Shown: piece by piece, positions 21,836 to 34,896 of the stretch
Layout of the letters: every line of letters begins with the position of its first letter
Position numbering within the stretch: the stretch's first letter is position 1
Origin: Octopus sinensis
Lineage: Eukaryota
Direction of reading: 5' to 3'
Assembly (NCBI RefSeq): GCF_006345805.1
Contig: NC_042997.1
Coordinates: 53,196,001-53,260,000 of the forward strand
Length of the DNA stretch: 64,000 bases
The notes under the pieces: generated by a model
What the model was told of the DNA's origin: nothing
Seen by the model: the letters and a program-made list of their open reading frames with translations, nothing else
The model's database searches: none
Made by a program: the position numbers and the translations under genes

Positions 21836-22707
21836 TTGAGTCATCCCATAAATAATGCATTTTTTTTCAATTGCATGAACTAAAAGCTGGAGGGGGATAC
21901 CATAAACTACCTGCATCAACTTGCTATAAAAGCAGGTAGTAATTTTACCTTGTACTTATTCTTCGTACAAGTTTTGAAGAGTGCAGTTTAATTTTAACAG
22001 TTATTTTTTCAAAGCTATAATGGAAGTAACAAAGGAGCGTATTTGGCATATTTTGCTTTATGAGTTCAACAAAAGGCAACAACGCAGTGGAAAGTGCGAG
22101 GAATATTAATGCAGTATATGGGGATTGGACAATAAGTGTAAGCCAGTGTCAACGGTGGTTCCACAAATTCCGAGCCGGAAATTACAGCCTAGAAGACAAA
22201 CTTCGTCCTGGAAGATCTGTAGAGCTCAATAAGTATGTTTTGTAAACCCTGACAGAACAAAATCCCATTGTAACTGTTGAGAAACTAGAAGAGAAGCTTG
22301 GATTTAGTCATTCATCATTCATGGACACCTGCATGCCATCTGGAGATGATTATCTTTGGTTTCAAGATGAAAGGTGTTCTTCCATCAGGATTAATGCTCA
22401 GCCACATGCAGAAAGGATGACATTCCAAAGGCTGGAGCAGGTTGAATGGGAAACAATACTTCACCCACCATATTCCACAGTCTTCAAAATGATTTGGACA
22501 GAAAAAATATTAATTCTGTAGATGGGGGTCAGAACAGTACAGGAGGAATGTTTTTCATCGTGGAAGAGGGGCCTTATAAGTCTACTAGATAGATAGAAGA
22601 GCATTGTAGAAAATGAAGGGGAGCATATTTTAGATGAAAAAGGAACTTTATTTAAATTTTGAAAAATAAAAAGTATAAAAAATTGCATTATTTATGGGAT
22701 GACCCAA
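21836..22707 (+). mobile_element. Internally deleted mariner (Mos1/Hsmar-like) with both TIRs
   Basis: TA-TTGAGTCATCCCATAAATAATGC...GCATTATTTATGGGATGACCCAA-TA (22/23 match). Transposase remnants from the ATG at 22020: MEVTKERIWHILLYEF..CQRWFHKFRAGNYSLEDKLRPGR, and WETILHPPYS. Confidence 0.92.
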
Positions 22708-23154
22708 TATATATGTGTGTGTGTATATATATATAAATATATATATATAAACTCTCCTTCTTCCCTTCTTTCCTGAGCATCCAATAATACTATATTTGTT
22801 CCACGTCCTCGCGTTGTTGTGTTTTCTCTTTGTGTTTACATATATATATATGTATGCATACATATATATGCATATAAATATGTTTTATACACACACACAC
22901 ACATACACATGTATGCATGTGTGCGTGTAAATAAAAACATAAAAACTCAGGATGAATGAAAAGTGAATATAGATTTATTGAACCATGTGACTTCCATAGG
23001 ATTATGGCTGTTATGTATGCATACACACACACATAGACATATGTATGTATGCACATATATAGATACATACGTACATACATACATACATACATACACATAT
23101 ACAAATGCACACTTAGACACACCTTGTGCATTTGTACACCTTTTGTCAATAGAT

Positions 23155-23549
23155 TCTTTTACTCTTTTACTTGTTTCAGTCATTTGACTGTGGCCATGCT
23201 GGAGCACCGCCTTTTTAGTTGAGCAAATAGACCCCCAGGACTTATTCTTTGTAAGCCTAGTACTTATTCTATCAGTCTATTTTGCCGAACTGCTAAGTTA
23301 CGGGTACATAAACACACCAGCATCGGTTGTCAAGCGATGTTGGGAGGACAAACACAGACACACAAACACACATATATATGTATATACGATGGGCGTCTTT
23401 CAGTTTTCGTCTACCAAATCCACTCACAAGGCTTTGGTTGGCCTGAGGCTATAGTAGGAGACACTTGCCCAAGATGCCACGCAATGGGAGTGAACCCGGA
23501 ACCATGTGGTTGGTAAGCAACCTACGTACCACACAGCCACTCCTATGCC
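23155..23549 (-). mobile_element. SINE family A, full length
   Basis: Complete head, body and tail on the minus strand. Confidence 0.92.
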
Positions 23550-23811
23550 TATATTGTGATGAAATATGTGAACATTATCAAAGAAAAGCCAAAATACAAC
23601 TAAAACAGTTTCCTTTGATTGATGTCTTTTGTGATATTTGTTCAGTGTCAAGTGAGATGCTACCTTGGCACTTTTGTTATTAGAAATATCATGAAGCAGT
23701 GGCCGGCTGTTGGAAACCTATAACCAATGATGCCTTGATCATAGTTTGTGATATAAAATCAATAAGTAAATAAATAAATAAATGAATAAATAAATAAATA
23801 TTTCTTTTTTT

Positions 23812-24204
23812 CTCTTTTTTAATTGTTTCAGTCATTTGACTGTGGCCATGCTGGAGCACCGCCTTTTGTCAAGCAAATCGACCCCAGGACTTATTCTTTG
23901 TAAGCCTAGTACTTATTCTATCGTTCTCTTTGGCTGAACCGCTAAGTTACGGGGAAGTAAGCACACCAGCATCGGTTGTCAAGCGATGTTGGGGGGACAA
24001 ACACAGACACACACACACATATATATATATATACATATATACGATGGGCTTCTTTCAGTTTCTGTCTACCAAATCCACTCACAAGGCTTTGGTCGGCCCG
24101 AGGCTATAGTAGAAGGCACTTGCCCAAGGTTCCACGCAGTGGGACCGAACCCGGAACCACGTGGTTCATAAGCAAGCTACTTACCACACAGCCACTCCTA
24201 CGCC
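23812..24204 (-). mobile_element. SINE family A, full length
   Basis: As above, with CpGs well preserved. Confidence 0.92.
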
Positions 24205-24214
24205 TGAATATATG

Positions 24215-24495
24215 GATGTGTGGTTAAGAAGTATGTGTGTGTGTGTATGTATGTTTGTTTCTTCTTTTCTTGACATTGCATGGTAGTTGTAAATGAGTTT
24301 CACTGTCATACAAGCAGTGTCATTCATTTCGAATATTCTGCCAAATTATGTTTGGCCATGGGAAAATATTACCTTGTTTGAACACAGGTGAGGGTTGGTG
24401 ACAAGAAGGGCATCCAGACATAGAAAACCTAACTCAATAAACTTTGTCCAACCCATGTAAGCATAGAAAAGTGGATGTTAAAAAATGAATGATTG
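24215..24495 (+). mobile_element. SINE family C (deleted head, RTE-type tail)
   Basis: tgtgtggttaagaag A-box remnant; body like 20560-20850; tail ccaacccatg...aaagtggatgttaaa. Confidence 0.7.
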
Positions 24496-25071
24496 TCAAA
24501 TGAGGATGATAGTGGAACTAAGGTTATTGTTGTCACCAGGCTTGTTCCACTTCATCCTCTTTGTTGTACCATCTCTTATCAATGCAGGTATGTTGGATGA
24601 GTCCATAATACAGCACATTTCCATTGTTTTTGGTCTTGTGTTATCTTATTAATGAGATTTGTTCTCAACAATTTCTTCAACTATAGTCACTCTCGACTAA
24701 AAGTAAGAAACCTACAACACTTTTTCTTACAACTTTCTATACCTTTGGAACAGCCTCTTTTGCCTACATAAAACTATACCTTGAAGCCTTATTTCACTTC
24801 TTGCAAATTAATATAATGCATTTAAGACCCCCACAGATAATCAGATTCATACTTGTTGCATGTGTTTCATACAGTCTGAATTTTTTTATACATAAAATCT
24901 TTTGTTCTCAGAACACTTACAACCCTTGAACTTTTATTTTAGCAACTTTATTTTCACTAGAACTAATCTGTGGTTCTAGGAAACTATGATTGGATTATGG
25001 ATATAAATATATTCTCATGTACGTCAACTCCAACATCAAAATAAAAATCAAATGGAAATTGTAGTTAAGAT

Positions 25072-25373
25072 ACCCATGCCGGTGACACATAAAAAGCACC
25101 GTCTGAATGTAGCTGATGCCAGCGTCCGTGTCGGTGACACATAAAAAGCACCAACCGATCATGGCCGTTTGCCAGCCTCCTCTGGCCCCTGTGCTGGTGG
25201 CACGTAAAAAGCACCCACTACACTCACGGAGTGGTTGTCGTTAGGAAGGGCATCCAGCTGTAGAAACACTGCCAGATCAGACTAGGCCTGGCGCAGCCTC
25301 CAGGCTTCCCAAAACCCAGTTGAACCGTCCAACCCATGCTAGCATGGAAAACAGACGTTAAACGATGATGATG
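25072..25373 (+). mobile_element. RTE 3' UTR / tail with 3 internal repeat units
   Basis: Three AAAAAGCACC units, then ...catggaaaacagacgttaaacgatgatgatg. Confidence 0.85.
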
Positions 25374-25999
25374 TGTACAGAAATAAATATATTATCATAT
25401 GTATAGAACATAGACACTCAGAATAATTGATTTTCTGGGCTAACTTGATGAGAAAAATCTTTAAAATAAATAATGAATACAATGACTTGTTAGGTTTATT
25501 ATATATCAAAAGACAGAAATGTTACTTAATCTGAGCTTAGTCAAATGTGTACTTGACATCTGCTGTACTATTATAGTTTGACTGACAGTAAATTTATAAC
25601 TTGTTCTATCTTGATAGAATTGATAAACTTGGCTTAATTTTATTGGCTGGTTTTCCTTATAACAAATGTATCATATATCAATAATAAGATGTGAAATGTT
25701 TTTTGTCGATAAAATATTCATTTGTTTGTATGATATAAGATTTCATAGTTGAGAATTTTAAATTAAGAAAACAAGGGTCTAATATATTTAAAGTTTAGGA
25801 ATTCTGGACTTAAAATAAGTATGAAAGTAATAAACTATTAGAAATTGTTCTATCAGGTTTTATGAACTGAGTGTTCTTTTTAGCACTGTGCTGGGTTTAT
25901 ATCAAAATGCTTAATTTATGTGATGTGAAGGAGGTAAAAGACGGAAGCAAAGAGAGAATTGCGGTAGCCTTACCTGTTGTTCTGGAAAAGGGTCACTTT

Positions 26000-26523
26000 C
26001 AATGTCCACGTGCTCTGTCTCAATCTGCAAGATTCACTCAATGTCCACATGTGCTATCCATCACTGTACAGTCAAACACATTTGCTCTGATGTGCTGTCC
26101 ACTGACCACTCGCACCTCCCTGACCCCACATGCCTACTGTGGCCCTTCCAGCAGGACACACAGGCTCCACTTCCGACAGGACATGCCTACTCCCTCACTT
26201 TTGGTCCTTCCCTACAATACACCCTGGCTCATAACACCACAATTCACACTAGGCCAAGTCATCTTGTTGAAAATATAGATCATAAGAAGATGCAGCTCCC
26301 TAATATAAACAGCAGAGGTACTGTACCAACAAGCAATAGTGACCTATAAGAAATGGAAGCTAAATCTCCCTTAAGTTATACCTTACTGTCTTAAATAAAA
26401 GAAAGGGCATGTTGGATAATGTGGTCCTAGATAAATATGACAGAATGGTTGATGGTCTCTGTGGAATACCTTTGATGTTAACTCTGCTTGATCAGGGCTA
26501 ACCCGGGGCTAAACAACAACAAA
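26000..26523 (+). mobile_element. I-superfamily-like LINE 3' end with (CAA)n tail (family E)
   Basis: Degenerate C..C...TVKHI.C...PTCLLWP resembles the C-terminal Cys/His motif of Ingi/Vingi-type ORF2. The 3' tail recurs at about 33430-33590, 33720-33935, 36295-36452 and 57455-57690 (-). Confidence 0.4.
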
Positions 26524-28145
26524 AATAGTCTCTATATTATGAAGGAATATTTCATTACCTTATGAAACTGACCTAAAGTTTTCCACTGGACAACTGGATA
26601 CCAAATGGAATGTTGCTAGTAGCATTATAGATGACAACCATACAATTAAGATGGCTTGAATTGAGTCAGTAATGGCTTATAGTAGCAATTTAATTTTGTG
26701 ATTCTCTTCTGAAAAGGGGAAAGTATATTCATGGACTTACTTTGTGACTAAACTAGTTTAATTGTTTTTGTATCTCAAGAAAGTCATTGTGGCAATGACA
26801 AACATGCACTGGTGCTATTTCACATACTTTATTATTATTGGTCAGTTAGCTAACCATGGAATCTGATGAACCTGGTTGATTGATTAATTGACCAAACAAT
26901 TAATCAAACTATCAATTAGTTAATTGGTTAAATGGTTAACTAATTGACTAATAATAAAAAATGAAGTGAATTAGAACCAGGGAGTTGCTTATTATTAACT
27001 TAATGACCTGAGAGACAACAAAATATGTTTCAACACATGAGTTGACATCAAGAATCTTGTAAACCAAGAACAAAAACCAAATTATTTCATTGAATTTTCA
27101 ACCAATCAGCTATTAGTATGCTGTTGTATCAACAGGTACACCTTATTGCTGTTATCAGTGGCATACATAAACAGTTCAGTGGACATAGCAGACATTAAGC
27201 AGTCAACACAGCTTAGAACCTGTTGAATTGATCAAACTATGCTAGTATGGAAGACAGACATAAAATGACAATGATGATGAGGATGGTGAAGTATGTCAGT
27301 ATTAAGTCATATCACCATGTAATCTGTTTTCTAATATCAAAACTGAAATTCTTTTCATCATGTTGTGTTCTACTAAAAGAGAAACCATGACTACTAATAT
27401 TTGTCTTACCTTTATTAGACAGAATAAGAGATATGGACAAGCTGTATATTGGAATTGGGATAATGATACACATATATATGTTTTATCTCTCTTGCACTTT
27501 TCCATCCACCCCACTCTACTATATATCTCAATGGGTAGCCCTAACTCTCCTCTTACTCAGCCCTCCTCACTGTGCTTTTTTCACTCTCTAACTCACACTA
27601 ACTAAAATGCACTGATACTGCTCTTTCTCTTTTCCTTCTATTACTGCCTTCCTTAACACTGTTAGTATCTTCATTAACACCCTCTGCCAACAATAAATCT
27701 GTTCCTTCCACCAAACTTTAACTTCTAAACACATTGTCTAAAATCACCACCCTTTTCTCCTTAATCTCTCTCACTGAGGTCACCTCATGATGTCGGTACC
27801 ATAAAATAGTACCCAATACATTCAGTAAAAGAGGGTGACATCAAGAAGGAAATTCAATCATAGCAACTGTGCTAAAATTGAAACACTGGAGCATGACTGG
27901 ATCCACCAAATTATTCATGTCCTGTCAAAATGTCTGAGCCAGTATAGAAATCGGACAGAAAATGATGAAAATAATGATGATGATGTATATATGTTTTATG
28001 TAGTAAAGTACCTACTAGCATACTTAATGTTGAAAATAAGAAGACCTAGACAAATCAAGAATAATTCTCAAATTAAGGAAAGGTAAAAATTGGATTAAAA
28101 CTTAAATCAGTCTGAGAATGAATGTGTATTAGTAATTTCTTATAT

Positions 28146-28515
28146 ATCATCATCATCATCATCGTTTAACGTCCGCTTTCCATGCTAGCATGGGTTGGAC
28201 GATTTTGACTGAGGGCTGGTGAACCAGATGGCTGCACCAGGCTCCAATCTTGATTTGCAGAGTTTCTACAGCTGGATGTCCTTCCTAATGCCAACCACTC
28301 TGAGAGTATAGTGGGCGCTTTTTACGTGCCACCGGCACAGGGGCCAGTCAGGCAGTACTGGCAATGACCTCGCTTGAATCTTTTACAAATGCCACCAGCA
28401 CAGGTGTCAGTAAGGTGACATTGGTAATGATCACGCTCGAATGGGGGCCTTTTACGTGCTGCCGGCATGGAAGCCAGTTGACTGCTCTGTTAACGATCAC
28501 ACTCGGATGGTGCTC
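28146..28515 (-). mobile_element. RTE 3' UTR / tail with about 4 internal repeat units
   Basis: (CAT)n-cgtttaacgtccgctttccatgctagcatggg; repeat cores at about 28314, 28377, 28443 and 28505. Confidence 0.85.
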
Positions 28516-28609
28516 TTATCAATTTTTTTGTTACTGTTCATTAGTATGCATATATTTGAAATTATCAAACTTTATTTTTGTTAATTTATTGCTAGACATG
28601 ATTAATTAC

Positions 28610-29030
28610 ATCATCATTTTTACATCTGCTTTTCCATACTTGCTTGGGTTGGATGGGTCTTTTCCAACACAGTGTATCACCATTTGTTGCTTTGTTTTGT
28701 CATCTTTTGTTTGAGGCTCAACATCCTGAAATTAGCTTTCATGATATTTTCTCATTTCTTCTTTGGTCTTCTACCACTTGGATATCCTGGCACTTCTTTA
28801 TCCATCTGCTATTTTCCATATGCATCCCACATCCATACCAATGTAATCTTCATTCCAGCAGATTACTATTGATTCTTCTTACATCTAGTTTATCTCGTAG
28901 TTTATCTTTACCACATTGTTCATACATACTTACATTACACATCCAGCACAGCATGCCTGTCTAATATCTCTCCATCTTTGCACATTTTGTCTTCAATCCC
29001 TGACCTTTCACTACCATGCTGCACCAAACT
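28610..29030 (-). mobile_element. Old RTE 3' end (ORF C-terminus plus tail)
   Basis: Minus translation GMLCWMCNVSMYEQ..KLRDKLDVR...RLHWYG..MHME. Confidence 0.7.
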
Positions 29031-30049
29031 TTATGCACAAGCAACATAAAATTTACCCTTGCAAAGAGAGAATCCTATTATTACTAAAGTGTTATATTAT
29101 ATTTTTTATTATACACTGATGTCTTAGTCTTCATTTTTTACTTAAACTAAAATTATTTTCTGCAAGTTCATCAAATATATAATTGTATATCTTAAGAAGT
29201 TAATATTTAGAGCAGTGTTGATATGATTCATTGAACAAAAGTGGACAGCCATGATTTACAATTAAGAATGTTTGAAATATTAAGGAACAAAGTCTGAAAC
29301 AACTCATTTTTGTTTAAAGTATAATAAATAAAACATTATGATAAATTTGACATTTATTTCTGAGTTGTGCTGTTACCCTGTATAGATCCACTGCTTCAGA
29401 TATACAATATCTAGTTGAAGACTACATGGTACATTCTGACATGCTGTGGCTAATTGTATGGTGCACAGTGTTGTAATCTGTACTATCCAGTCTGTTACTG
29501 TATGTGTGTAGTTTAGTGAAAGCCAATCCTAAATAAACAAACCTACGAACAAAAATATTCCAGTTGTGACCATCTCACTTTTTTTTTGTATATATTTGAC
29601 TATTTTATTCAATGTGTTCTTTCACCGCTAGGACATTAGGATGTGAATTGAAGGAATTTAGCAGCTATTTCTAGCAGTTTGAAAGATTGCATTGAATTTT
29701 CATTTTACCTGTAGGTTTTCAATGTGTGCTGTTGGGCAAAATGGATTCGGTCTAAGTGTAACAGTTGCTGCTCATCTTCATTATTTCAGACATTCAAGCA
29801 TTGTTTTTCTCTTTTAGTAGAACACAACATGATGAAAGGAATTTCAGTTTTGATATTAGAATGAATAACAGTTAATCCTACAACATAATCCTAAGAACAA
29901 CTAATTCTTCCTTTGTACTTCAGACAAATTCAAACAGCTCATATACCCTGAAATAACAGCAACTGCATCAGTCATTTCACTAGAGCCTAAAAAAACGTAA
30001 TGAGCAACTTATGACTCATGGGTCTTTCTAAAAAGCATCCCTAACAAAG

Positions 30050-30490
30050 AAATACCTTGAATTTTTCTAGTAGTAACCTGCCTAATGGTGTGCCTGAAGT
30101 TGTTACTTGTGGTATGACAATGCCATTGTTAGTGTTGTTGATGCAGTTCATTACTTTGTGTAGTGTTTTTACTGCTTGTTTTCTTGTTTATGTTGGATAT
30201 GAACATTCATTAGTGTTTTTCTCTTATTTTTCTTTGATTTGTTTTCTTTGTTATTGAGTTGTATTTTTCTTCATTGTGATGTTGGCAGGTTGTCTGAATT
30301 CTTAACTTATTGCATTTTAGGATTGTATTCCAGAGTTAAAGTTAAGTTTTCCATTTGGTTTTTTCCCCCTTTTTTTTTTATAGTGGTAAATTGTAGTTTG
30401 GTGGAAAATGGACTTTTAATGATAGCTGCTCTGCTGCTAATGTTGAGTCTCCTTTTTGGGTTTATCATTTTGAATCTTGATTTATGAAGT
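30050..30490 (-). mobile_element. Possible Penelope-like RT-to-endonuclease linker remnant
   Basis: NPKRRLNISSRAAII...KKKGGKNQMENLTLTLEYNPK loosely resembles the PLE linker (GYP...AI.KA...PLVLTYHP); no GIY-YIG motif seen. Confidence 0.25.
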
Positions 30491-30496
30491 GCAATA

Positions 30497-30724
30497 TCTA
30501 TTTCTTTACTACCCACAAGGGGCTAAACACAGAAGGACAAACAAGGACAGACACACGGATTAAGTTGATTATATCGACCCCAGTGCATAACTGGTACTTA
30601 TTTAATCAACCTCGAAAGGATGAAAGGCAAAGTCGACCTCGGCGGAATTTGAACTCAGAACGTAGTGGCAGACAAAATACTGCTAAGCATTTCGCCCGGC
30701 ATGCTAACGATTCTGCCAGCTCAT
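30497..30724 (-). mobile_element. SINE family B, full length
   Basis: Reverse complement of the 32073-32302 consensus. Confidence 0.9.
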
Positions 30725-31064
30725 CAATGAAATAAAATGTTCTGCAACTGTTCATCTTTTGAATTCACACTTTACTACGGCTATTGTTTTGTGCTATGAA
30801 ATTCTATGAAATTCTGCTTCTCAACTGGACTACTTTTGAACATGTAAATTTCAAGAAAAGATTAACTTAATTTTTCTTATATCAGGATAATTGCATTGGA
30901 GGAAATTGTGCTGCTGGAATTGATACTTTTTTTTTATGATAAAATTTGACACAACAATTGCGAAGATCAAATCTTACTTTACTTGATGTACCATTTTCAC
31001 ATTTGTGATGTAAATAAGTTTCATCCTAGATTAACCTAAAAGAGAAGAATGACTGACTTATGAT

Positions 31065-31499
31065 ACTCTCTTTGCTCTTACTCTTTTACTTGTTTCAGTC
31101 ATTTGACTGTGGCCATGCTGGAGCACTGCCTTTAGTCGAGTAAATCGACTCCAGGACTTATTCTTTGTAAGCCTAGTACTTATTCTATTGGTCTTTTTTC
31201 CCAAACCGCTAAGTTACGGGGATGTAAGCACACCAGCATCGGTTGTCAAACGATGTTGGTGGGTACAAACACAGCCACACAAACATACACACACCCACAC
31301 CCATCCACACACACATACACACACATATACATATATATTATGAGCTTCTTTCAGTTTCCGTCTACCAAATCTACTCACAAGGCTTTGGTCGGCCTGAGGC
31401 TATAGTAGAAGACACTTGCCCAAGGTGCCACGCAGTAGGACTGAACCTGGAATCATGTGGTTGGTAAGCAAGCTACTTACCACAAGCCACTCCTACGCC
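31065..31499 (-). mobile_element. SINE family A, full length
   Basis: Complete head, body and tail. Confidence 0.92.
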
Positions 31500-32072
31500 T
31501 GATGTATTGAAAGAATTAACTACTATTGCTGTTGTTATTGTTATTGGGGCGATCTAGTCAGTTTTACACAAGAAAAAAAAAAACGACCATCATGTTTATT
31601 TTTTTATTTTATAAGTTAGCCAGGGAAGAAGGAGAAGCACTTAGGATAATTTGCAGACCTTTTAATTTAGAGAATTTGATGTGCATGATTATTAGGCTGA
31701 ATGCGTGCAGGGAAAATGTTGCTGAGAAAAGAACTGAGGTTTGATTCAAATGTTGACTGAGTGAATTCTACTAAAGATATCCCAGAACCAGATGGTAGTT
31801 GCTAATCAAATGTAACATTGTAACTGTACCCAACTTCAAATCTAAGCTCTTCATTTTTAGAAGGCACGGAGTTTGTTAAGAGAAGTTTAGAAGCTTCATT
31901 GAGTTGGTCAAGCAACTAAATTAAAACTTTTTGTCATTTTAGTCTACCTGATTATAAAATGGCACTACGGAGGTCTATCTGATTGTACCATGGAATAGTA
32001 CAATTGAATATTAATGTTAGACCAGAATCTACAATCAGTTTGGTTAGCCAAGATATTATACACATGTTTTAA

Positions 32073-32302
32073 GGCGGCGAGCTGGCAGAAACGTTAGCAT
32101 GCCGGGCGAAATGCATACCCGTATTTCATCTGCCGTTACGTTCTGGGTTCAAATTCCGCCGAGGTTGACTTTGCTTTTCATCCTTTCGGGGTCGATAAAT
32201 TAAGTACCAGTTACGCACTGGGGTCGATCTAATTGACTTAATCCATTTGTCTGTCCTTGCTTGTCCCCTCTGTGTTTAGCCCCTTGTGGGCAATAAAGAA
32301 AT
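32073..32302 (+). mobile_element. SINE family B, full length with 20-bp TSD
   Basis: GGCGGCGAGCTGGCAGAA head, GTTCAAATTCC B box, AATAAAGAAATA end; TSD ATATTATACACA(T/G)GTTTTAA at 32053-32072 and 32303-32322. Confidence 0.93.
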
Positions 32303-32914
32303 ATATTATACACAGGTTTTAATTCTAACTGTGCATATGTTGTTGTTGGCATCCTTTTTGTCTTGGGAGACAATGGAGTTGCGATAAAATAATCTAGTCC
32401 GGCTTTTGATGGTCAATATGCAACAGCCCATTCATGTTAAAATCATCATGTACATACAGAACACTAACTGCCAGGAAAGCAAACTATTTGATAACTTGGG
32501 AATCCCTAAAAAAAATCTTAATTTTTTAATGATACGTATTGTCTTTTTCTCAAGTGATTTTGACACAAAATGTCTAAATTGGTAATAATTACACCACTTT
32601 TACTGATGCATTACTAATCCCAGCCAATGAACCAGTCACCTCCTTTAATTTAGACAAAGTTTTACGAGTAGGCTGATGTTTTAACATTTGATATGATTAA
32701 GAAGAAAGAACATGTTCTTCAGAAAATAGTATCAGTTTTCATATTCTTTAAGATATTGTTTGAAAAAAAAAACAAAAGCATAGAAACAAAAGATATAAAG
32801 GACAAAAAACAAATAAAACAACAAATCGTAAGAAGACTTGTTTTAGCGCATATTAATTTCAACCTCTATCATGATTACAGTGAAAAATCAGATTTACTTC
32901 AATAAATCACCAAA

Positions 32915-33136
32915 TACTTGTGTGTGTATGTGTGTGTGTGTGTATGTGTGCATGTATGTATGTGTATATGTAAATGTATGATATATACATATACATATAC
33001 ATATATATACATACACACATATATATATATATATATATATATCTCATAGTGGGTTACATTCATAACCCCTATCATACTTTGTACTATATATATATGCACA
33101 TACATACATATATACGTACATACATACATACATACA

Positions 33137-33169
<33 letters not shown>

Positions 33170-33232
33170 GCGTATGTGTGTGTGTGTATTTGACATTTTA
33201 TACATACATACATACATACATACATACATACA

Positions 33233-33265
<33 letters not shown>

Positions 33266-33296
33266 GTGTATGTGTGTGTGTGTATTTGACATTTTC
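32915..33296. repeat. Compound (TG)/(TA)/(TACA)n microsatellite with a duplicated ~95-bp block
   Basis: (CATA)n...ATGTGTGTGTGTGTATTTGACATTTT occurs twice, ending at about 33198 and 33294. Confidence 0.9.
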
Positions 33297-33560
33297 GGAG
33301 TAAATCAAATAAGATCAGAGCTGTTTGCTATAATTTGCTGAATATGCCAGACCTCAGTTCTGGCATTTGTCCTATTAGTCCACTTATACATTTACAAGCC
33401 AAAGAGGTAGGTATTCGTAGTTGCTTACCTGCTACAAATGACAGCTAAACTTCTCTCAAAACCAATGCAATGCCTGGAAAAAATAAATAAATAAAGAGTA
33501 GATGGTCATGACTGGAATGCCTACGTTCCTGTATCTTCTCAATCAGAAGTAGCCTGAGGT

Positions 33561-33593
<33 letters not shown>

Positions 33594-33783
33594 GCAGTAG
33601 TAATCTATACATTCAGTTCTTAACTTCACACACTTCATTTCAGTGCAACACACACACACACACACACAAACACATACACACACCAATGCAGATGACTATC
33701 AAGCCAATCTAGGAATCTCTACACATTAGAAACAGCAACCAAACCTCTACTAAAGTACAACCCACTGTCTTGAGAAAATGGAG

Positions 33784-33870
33784 GGATATATTAGACAATA
33801 TACCATGCCTAATGGATATATTAGACAATATACCATGCCTAATGGATATATTAGACAATATGCCATGCCT
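33784..33870 (+). repeat. 30-bp tandem repeat x3 inside a family E tail
   Basis: GGATATATTAGACAATATACCATGCCTAAT; copies 1 and 2 are identical. Confidence 0.95.
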
Positions 33871-34665
33871 GAAAAAAATGATTGAATGTCACAGGACTGG
33901 AATGCTCAATTAGGGTATGCTTGGTTAAACAATGACAAACATCAAGCCTTCATTTTCTTTCATAAATTTTTCTTATTTAGCCCTTTGCCTATACAAAGCA
34001 TTTTTCATAAATTAGAATAGGCCTATTAGCCTTCTTACTTGACTGATCTCATCCAATCTTTATAACAAAATCCGCATTAAATTTACTTGTCACTACCCAG
34101 GGAATCAAGTTATACATCAGTATAGTTATACAATTTAAAGCACTGTCAACGATAGTTATTCTCTGGTTATCTCATACTTTGAAAGGAAGTTAAAATACCC
34201 CCAACTCCCCATCAAAAACTTCTTTTTTTATTGACTACCTTTTCCAATGATTATTTTCAAAATTTGAAACAATAAACTTTTTGTATTTTGAGCCATTCAA
34301 CAGTGCTATGGAATCACCATATTTTATTATTAATTTCTTTTGATAACGTATGGGGTAAGTCTTTGTTGGTATATAGTATATGAAAATATCTAATTAAATT
34401 GCTTTAGTGTAATAATACCTAATGATTAGTATTATTTCATCAATTCCAGATGTTCCTTCAACTAGAATTGATAAAACTAAAGTCACTTTTAGGTGATACT
34501 TGAATCCAAATGTAGAGAGAATGCATTGTTTCTGCTAATTTTGTTCTATTGACATTCTTAATACTGTTATTTCTTAATTCATAGGTCTAACTAAATGTGA
34601 TATTTATAATCTATCTGTCTGTTTGCTTGTCTGTCTGCCTACCCGTCTATCTAAAGTATATCATA

Positions 34666-34896
34666 CAGGGTTGGCCAAAAGTCACCTGGCAGTAAATCAA
34701 AATTCCATAAATACTATCTGTAATTCTGTATTGACTGAATGGAAAAATGAATCACTCAAGAAGGACTTCAGTTGAACAATTTTTATGATGTTTCATATTT
34801 AGATGTTTTTATTAAATTCATTCAGTTGTTAAACATAAATAAATCTTCGAATTAAATGGCTTTAATTTACTGTCAGATGACCTAACCCTAACCCTG
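34666..34896. mobile_element. Tc1/mariner-type MITE, 231 bp, TA TSD
   Basis: 32-bp TIRs CAGGGTT-N8-GTCA(C/T)CTG(G/A)CAGTAAAT flanked by TA. Confidence 0.85.

Noticed and set aside
30340-30385. Plus-strand WFFPPF resembling the Penelope WFNPP motif
   Set aside because: It arises from a T/C homopolymer run; the weak PLE similarity here is on the opposite strand.
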